In this document: positions 58,855-64,000 of the stretch, in pieces | How positions within the stretch are numbered: position 1 is the stretch's first letter | Layout of the letters: each line of letters opens with the position of its first letter | Source of the DNA: a virus | Strand: one strand, 5' to 3' | Length of the DNA stretch: 64,000 bases | IMG/VR virus record: IMGVR_UViG_3300027771_000013 | Span: 2,931-66,930 of that record | Notes under the pieces: model-generated | The model's database searches: none | What the model saw: only the letters and a program-made list of their open reading frames with translations | Told to the model about the DNA's origin: nothing | Program-made: the position numbers and the translations under genes

Positions 58855-61470
58855 ATGCGCCATATTCTGTTTAGTCAATCCGACTCATACCCTATTGCGG
58901 TATTAATTAAAGAAGCAGCATTCAATAAAAGTGTTATTGAGCAAACTTATATAACTCCCCTTGCAGACGCTGGATTAAGCAAAGACGATATGATTGTGTA
59001 CTCTCTTGAGTACGCACAACATAACAAAGCGCCTGCAGCGTTTATGAAACGTTATTTAACTGAAGAACTTCTACCGTCTATGAATGAAGTAGGCGTAAAA
59101 TATATTTTATGCAGTGACGCAAACTACTTTAAAGCACTTACTAAAAATGTTAAATCCGAACCCTGCTTAGGTTACAAGTACCCTTGTAACATTAAAGGGT
59201 ATGAACACATGACTGTTGTACTGGGCGTTAATTATAAAACTATTTTATTTAACCCTGCCAATCAACCTAAAATGGATTTATCCCTTAATACTTTTCAACG
59301 AGTTATTAACAACACTTACACTGCACCCGGTGAAGGACTTATTCGTTGTGCTGAGTATCCTAAAACAGTTCACGACATCCAAACAGCTTTAGACGCACTT
59401 GCAGATTTCCCAACTTTATCTTGTGACATTGAAACTTTTTCTTTAAAACACGATAAAGCAGGTATTGCATCAATTACTTTTTGTTGGTCAGAGCACGAAG
59501 GCATTGCCTTTGCATGCGATTACCAAGCACTGCCTGAGCCAGTAGACGGCATGCACGGACAATACCTTCCTAACCCAGAAGTAAGGGCGCTTATTAAAGC
59601 ATTCCTTATTTCTTACACAGGTAGATTGCGTTGGCACAACTGTTCTTTTGACTTAAAAATGCTTATAGCAGCTTTATGGATGAAAGATTTAGGTGACACC
59701 GTAGGATTACTGGAAGGCTTGCACGCTGTAACACAAGCTTACGATGACACTAAAGTCATTGCGTATTTAGCCACTAACAGCACTGCAGGCAACCATTTGT
59801 CGCTTAAAGAACTCGCACATGAGTTTGCAGGTGATTGGGGCATGGGCGCTAACATCACAGACGTACGCCGTATTCCTTTAGATGTTCTATTAGAATACAA
59901 CCTCGTTGATGGCTTATGCACTAACTACGTGTACAACAAGTTTTACCCTAAAATGGTAAAAGACCAACAACTGGATTTGTACACTAATCTGTTTATGCCC
60001 AGTCAGAAAACCATTATTCAAATGGAGCTGACAGGTATGCCGCTGAACCCTGCACGCGTGCAGGAGGTCAAGGCAGAGCTGGTAGCAATAGAAACAAAAG
60101 CTAAAAAAGCTTTAAACAGTCCACTAATTAATGCATTAAATAAACGGCTACAAACAGACGCAAGATCTGCTGCTAATGCCAAACTAAAAACTAAACAACA
60201 CCCTATTACAGCGTTTAAGCACGTTGTCTTTAACCCCAACAGTCCGCTGCAATTACAAAAACTTCTTTTTGAAGAAATGGAATTGCCCGTATTAGACTTT
60301 ACTAAAACCAAGCAACCCGCTACTGGAGGCAAGACACTAACTAAGTTGCTTAATCATGCAACTAATCCTGAGTACAAAGAAATACTAGAAAGCCTTGTTA
60401 ACCTGGCTAAAGTATCAAAAATACTATCTACGTTTATTCCTATCTTTGAAAAAGCTATTAGCCAAGGAACAGATGTCGTGTATATCCACGGCAACTTTAA
60501 CTTAGGCGGTACCGTTTCAGGTCGACTCAGCAGCTCAGATCCTAATTTACAAAACATTCCTTCAGGTTCAACGTACGGCAAGCTCATTAAGAGCTGCTTT
60601 ACAGCACCTAAAGGCTTTGTAATGGCAGGTGCAGATTTTAATTCTTTAGAGGATTACATATCCGCACTTACTACCCGGGATCCTAACAAGCTAAAAGTCT
60701 ACACCGAAGGATATGACGGCCATTGCCTTAGAGCTTTCAGTTACTTTCCTGACCGGCTACCTGGCATTGTTAACACAGTAGCGTCTATCAACTCTATTGC
60801 TAAACAATTCCCTGAAGTCCGCCAAGACAGTAAAGCACCTACATTTGCCTTAACGTACCAAGGTATGTGGATTACTTTAATGAATAACTTAGGTTGGACA
60901 GAAGAGAAATCTAAAAGTGTTGAAGCTAGCTTCAAAGACTTATACGCCGACTCAATAGAATGGGTTAATCAAAAATTAATTCAAGCCAGTAGTGATGGTT
61001 ACGTCACTGTTGCCTTTGGATTGCGCGTACGCACGCCCCTGCTAGGCCAAACGCTTAGAGGCCGTAACAATACGCCTTTTATAGCAGAAGCCGAAGGAAG
61101 GACCGCAGGTAACGCTCTAGGTCAAAGTTATGGTCTGTTAAACAACCGTGCATGTAATGAGTTTATGCAAAAAGTTTGGGCATCTCCGTATGCCACCGAT
61201 ATTTTACCTATTGCTATGATTCATGACGCTATTTACTTAGTGATTAAAGACGACATTTCCGTCGTTCACTGGGTAAACAAAGAGTTAATTAAATCCATGC
61301 AATGGCAAAAATTGCCTGAGCTCAAACATGACACAGTTAAGTTAGGCGCAGAACTATCTATTTTCCACCCAACATGGGCGGATGAAATAACCGTGCCTAA
61401 TGATTCTTCTTTAAGAGAAATCTTGCACCTCACTCGAAACTCACCCCATTTAAAAAAGGACGCAGCATGA
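58855..61470 (+). CDS. DNA polymerase family A, N4 gp39-like
   Basis: Exonuclease DIET; GTVSGRLSSSDPNLQN; DFNSLED; RQDSKAPTFALTYQG; IHDA. Confidence 0.96.
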   Translation: MRHILFSQSDSYPIAVLIKEAAFNKSVIEQTYITPLADAGLSKDDMIVYSLEYAQHNKAPAAFMKRYLTEELLPSMNEVGVKYILCSDANYFKALTKNVKSEPCLGYKYPCNIKGYEHMTVVLGVNYKTILFNPANQPKMDLSLNTFQRVINNTYTAPGEGLIRCAEYPKTVHDIQTALDALADFPTLSCDIETFSLKHDKAGIASITFCWSEHEGIAFACDYQALPEPVDGMHGQYLPNPEVRALIKAFLISYTGRLRWHNCSFDLKMLIAALWMKDLGDTVGLLEGLHAVTQAYDDTKVIAYLATNSTAGNHLSLKELAHEFAGDWGMGANITDVRRIPLDVLLEYNLVDGLCTNYVYNKFYPKMVKDQQLDLYTNLFMPSQKTIIQMELTGMPLNPARVQEVKAELVAIETKAKKALNSPLINALNKRLQTDARSAANAKLKTKQHPITAFKHVVFNPNSPLQLQKLLFEEMELPVLDFTKTKQPATGGKTLTKLLNHATNPEYKEILESLVNLAKVSKILSTFIPIFEKAISQGTDVVYIHGNFNLGGTVSGRLSSSDPNLQNIPSGSTYGKLIKSCFTAPKGFVMAGADFNSLEDYISALTTRDPNKLKVYTEGYDGHCLRAFSYFPDRLPGIVNTVASINSIAKQFPEVRQDSKAPTFALTYQGMWITLMNNLGWTEEKSKSVEASFKDLYADSIEWVNQKLIQASSDGYVTVAFGLRVRTPLLGQTLRGRNNTPFIAEAEGRTAGNALGQSYGLLNNRACNEFMQKVWASPYATDILPIAMIHDAIYLVIKDDISVVHWVNKELIKSMQWQKLPELKHDTVKLGAELSIFHPTWADEITVPNDSSLREILHLTRNSPHLKKDAA

Positions 61471-61643
61471 GTCAACCTAGCTTAGAAGAAGTTGAAGAGC
61501 TTCTGAATGTTTTTATTAAACAATCAAAAGATCCGCATAATCCAACATTACAGACAGCGTCTTTGAAAGCCGCTCAAAAAATATTAATGAAAGATTCTCT
61601 TTCAGAAGAACAAGCCAATACCTTCTTTGAAGAACCTGAGTAA
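61467..61643 (+). CDS. hypothetical protein (58 aa, not in the ORF track)
   Basis: ATGA overlap with the polymerase stop, AAGGA RBS; MSQPSLEEVEELL...FFEEPE. Confidence 0.6.
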   Translation: MSQPSLEEVEELLNVFIKQSKDPHNPTLQTASLKAAQKILMKDSLSEEQANTFFEEPE

Positions 61644-61669
61644 ATGGTTCACATAACGGCTGGAAGATA

Positions 61670-61697
61670 TTGATTTAAAACACTTTATGTGTATACT
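61670..61697 (+). promoter_or_regulatory. sigma70-type promoter (TTGATT-N16-TATACT)
   Basis: Near-consensus hexamers, intergenic. Confidence 0.5.
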
Positions 61698-61755
61698 AAA
61701 TCACAGGCATAGGAAAACCTATGTCCGTTTTTTTGAACGTACACAGGAGTGTTTT

Positions 61756-61977
61756 ATGGCTACTGCCATTGTTCCAAAAAGTGAAGCAAGAAGAAGCAAC
61801 AGTATCATTTGTGGTTTTGGGGAAGTGCCTTCGGTACTAACTAAGACTGGACAAATAGGCTGGGGATTACCTGGTGATACGATTACCTTTTGTGAGAAAG
61901 AAGCACAACGTGCAGCACAGTGCCTTGATACTACCATCCGAACTTTGATGGTAACCACTACCAAGTCACTCATTTAA
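61756..61977 (+). CDS. DUF1317-like small protein
   Basis: AGGAG RBS; 'GW.LPG..I......AQR.A'. Confidence 0.55.
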   Translation: MATAIVPKSEARRSNSIICGFGEVPSVLTKTGQIGWGLPGDTITFCEKEAQRAAQCLDTTIRTLMVTTTKSLI

Positions 61978-62070
61978 TAATAAACCACCGCGTTTTTTAA
62001 GATCAGAAGTTTTATCCAATAAAAAACGCTCTTATTAACTTAAAATTCATCTAATTTTGCTTTTTACTAC

Positions 62071-62100
62071 TAGACAAATACCCTCATTTTCTTACATACT
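62071..62100 (+). promoter_or_regulatory. sigma70-type promoter (TAGACA-N18-CATACT)
   Basis: Near-consensus hexamers with AT-rich upstream DNA. Confidence 0.4.
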
Positions 62101-62136
62101 CAAAGCTCAATCTACGGAATATGATGGAGATTCCCA

Positions 62137-62529
62137 ATGGCTTTGATTAACTTTGTATCACCCCACCCGTTTACAGTGCTTAAAAGAAAAATAAAGCAGT
62201 CTGCTCGCCAATTTAGATACAGCAACGACAATTCAGAAAGTTTATTTCACCCTGATAATGGCTTTGCGTATGGATACGGCATAGATAAAGTAGAGGCTGC
62301 ATTAACTGCTTACGAAGAAACATTAGATTCTTCGTATATAAAAGAAGACGACAGCCCTCTTAATTCACGACAACATCTTTTAAAAGAAGCTGAGCTACTT
62401 AACCAAGTGCATCCTTCAAAAGATGTTAGATCGTTTACAGCTGACATTATCCATTACTTACAAACACTGCCTGAAGATGAAATTGTGTTACCACCCACAA
62501 CAGAGTTAGAAGTAAATGAACAAGAATAA
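62137..62529 (+). CDS. hypothetical protein
   Basis: GGAG RBS; 130 aa. Confidence 0.65.
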   Translation: MALINFVSPHPFTVLKRKIKQSARQFRYSNDNSESLFHPDNGFAYGYGIDKVEAALTAYEETLDSSYIKEDDSPLNSRQHLLKEAELLNQVHPSKDVRSFTADIIHYLQTLPEDEIVLPPTTELEVNEQE

Positions 62530-62537
62530 AAACAGCC

Positions 62538-62912
62538 TTAACTGTTACTTATATCTTCTTTAACAACATACTTACCTGCAGCAATAGTCAATACCTTAGA
62601 ATCTTGGCTCATTACTACATCGTAGTAAAACGTGCCAGGTCCTGTATCAGTAGTTGTATTAGCAGCTGTTGGAGTAAATTCAACGTCACCTGAAGTCGCG
62701 TCAATGGCACCCGCAATTGTAAACGCTTGCGTGGCGGTGTTCTGTGGTGCGTACAAACTATCTACTGTCATCATAAACGTAGCACCAGTTAAATTAAGTG
62801 GTGTTTGTTTAGTGTTGTCCGTCCACAACTTAAAAGAATCAGGCCAAGTGTCGCCTTTATATCGTACTAAGTTCTGTTTAATAAAACCTTTTTTAATATA
62901 GCTGACAGCCAT
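62538..62912 (-). CDS. BppU-N-like virion/tail accessory protein
   Basis: '.KGDT...F.......P.NLTGAT..MTV......G.V.F.PT..T...G..YYDV' pattern. Confidence 0.6.
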   Translation of the reverse strand: MAVSYIKKGFIKQNLVRYKGDTWPDSFKLWTDNTKQTPLNLTGATFMMTVDSLYAPQNTATQAFTIAGAIDATSGDVEFTPTAANTTTDTGPGTFYYDVVMSQDSKVLTIAAGKYVVKEDISNS

Positions 62913-62921
62913 AATATTTCC

Positions 62922-63218
62922 CTAGCTACGATTCTCATGAAAAGAATACGCCCAGTCACCTGCATACGCAGTAACTTTAAGACGAATAAAAAAATCTTTG
63001 CCGCCATTAATTTTTTGCAGATAATCGCCGCTAATAACACTGTTAGTAGCATCAATGTCTGTCCATACTTTTGCTGAGTTTAAATACTGCATAACTCCAG
63101 CTATAGTAGTACCGCCAGATATAGCTACTAAAGTAGCTTGCTCGCATTTAAAGCCGTGCTTTGACGGGAAAACCCCATCATGTGATGCCTCATCATTGTA
63201 AATTGAATTAATTAACAT
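62922..63218 (-). CDS. hypothetical beta-rich protein, probably virion-associated
   Basis: Same strand and cluster as tail accessory genes. Confidence 0.55.
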   Translation of the reverse strand: MLINSIYNDEASHDGVFPSKHGFKCEQATLVAISGGTTIAGVMQYLNSAKVWTDIDATNSVISGDYLQKINGGKDFFIRLKVTAYAGDWAYSFHENRS

Positions 63219-63246
63219 ATCTTTCTCTCTTTTTTAAAATAATTAT

Positions 63247-63819
63247 TTAAGACCCAAACACATAAACCCAAGTAGCCGGGTCAGCATCGTAAGGGTAAAT
63301 TGGTTGACCATTTTCATCGTTAACAACCGCCCAATCACTTGAATCTACAGCCATTCTAATTCTTAATGTATTTGGGTATTGTGACGGACCTGGATCTATT
63401 AAGTTTTGTGTAACAGACCATGTTTTATTTAAATCAAAATAAGCCGCTTGCTCTGCAGTAAACCTAATGTCAGTTGCTATATTGTTAAACCCAGACAGCG
63501 CAATTGTTTCGCCAATAATTGCTGGGTGAACCTCAGTAAACGTAATATACATATCCAGTGCGTTGTAGTTATATACACCTGGCTCTTGTGGCCCAAAAAA
63601 GAATGGATACACAGACGATACATTAGTCGCTACAGAGACTAAATTAACTGTTGCTGGAGTAATCGTATAGTCTGAAGCAATAACTGAATTGCTATTACCT
63701 TCTCCACCAATTGGAAAAGGTATTACCAAAGGCACATAAGAATCTAAATAACGCGCTTTAACGTATTCAACAACAAATTGCATAAAACATCTCAGACTTT
63801 TTATAAATTGAATTGCCAC
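63247..63819 (-). CDS. hypothetical protein
   Basis: 190-aa ORF; start uncertain. Confidence 0.55.
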   Translation of the reverse strand: MAIQFIKSLRCFMQFVVEYVKARYLDSYVPLVIPFPIGGEGNSNSVIASDYTITPATVNLVSVATNVSSVYPFFFGPQEPGVYNYNALDMYITFTEVHPAIIGETIALSGFNNIATDIRFTAEQAAYFDLNKTWSVTQNLIDPGPSQYPNTLRIRMAVDSSDWAVVNDENGQPIYPYDADPATWVYVFGS

Positions 63820-64000
63820 TATTGAATATCGGTATACACATAAAATGTTAAGCTATCCCATCTATTAAAATCCGCTAAGGTTCTTGCCTTAGTCATAATG
63901 AGTTACCTCTAAAAAGTAATCGTGCGTTTTTCGTAAGTTATATCAGTCACTGGATCAGTTAAGTCTTCTTTGACGTAACTAACTCCTGCTGTCTCATATA

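Noticed and set aside
58855-61470. Intron or intein in the polymerase, terminase or RNAP genes
   Set aside because: Lengths and motif spacing match uninterrupted proteins; no homing endonuclease is evident

Overview
The window is most of the genome of an N4-like podovirus (Schitoviridae), AT-rich and probably infecting a gammaproteobacterium. It is shown circularly permuted, with the genome end/start junction near 45.2-45.4 kb. The N4 hallmarks are present: a 3683-aa virion RNA polymerase, two-subunit RNAP II, family A DNA polymerase, primase, SSB, portal, capsid, terminase and a MoxR/vWA pair. The unusual part is a complete lysogeny module inside the replication operon: an excisionase-like gene, a tyrosine integrase and an intact attP. 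The attP has a 23-bp core matching a tRNA-Asp 3' end, an IHF site and arm-type repeats on both sides, so this looks like a temperate member of a classically lytic group. Three distinct cis-element families can be read from the sequence: five early hairpin promoters with 4-nt loops and a fixed +1 spacing, three GGA-triloop hairpins at middle operons, and an AGAAWA-N16-(-10) motif before late genes. A lone wHTH gene with clustered repeats near the genome end is a candidate lysogeny regulator. All functional calls come from motif and synteny recognition; no database searches were run.
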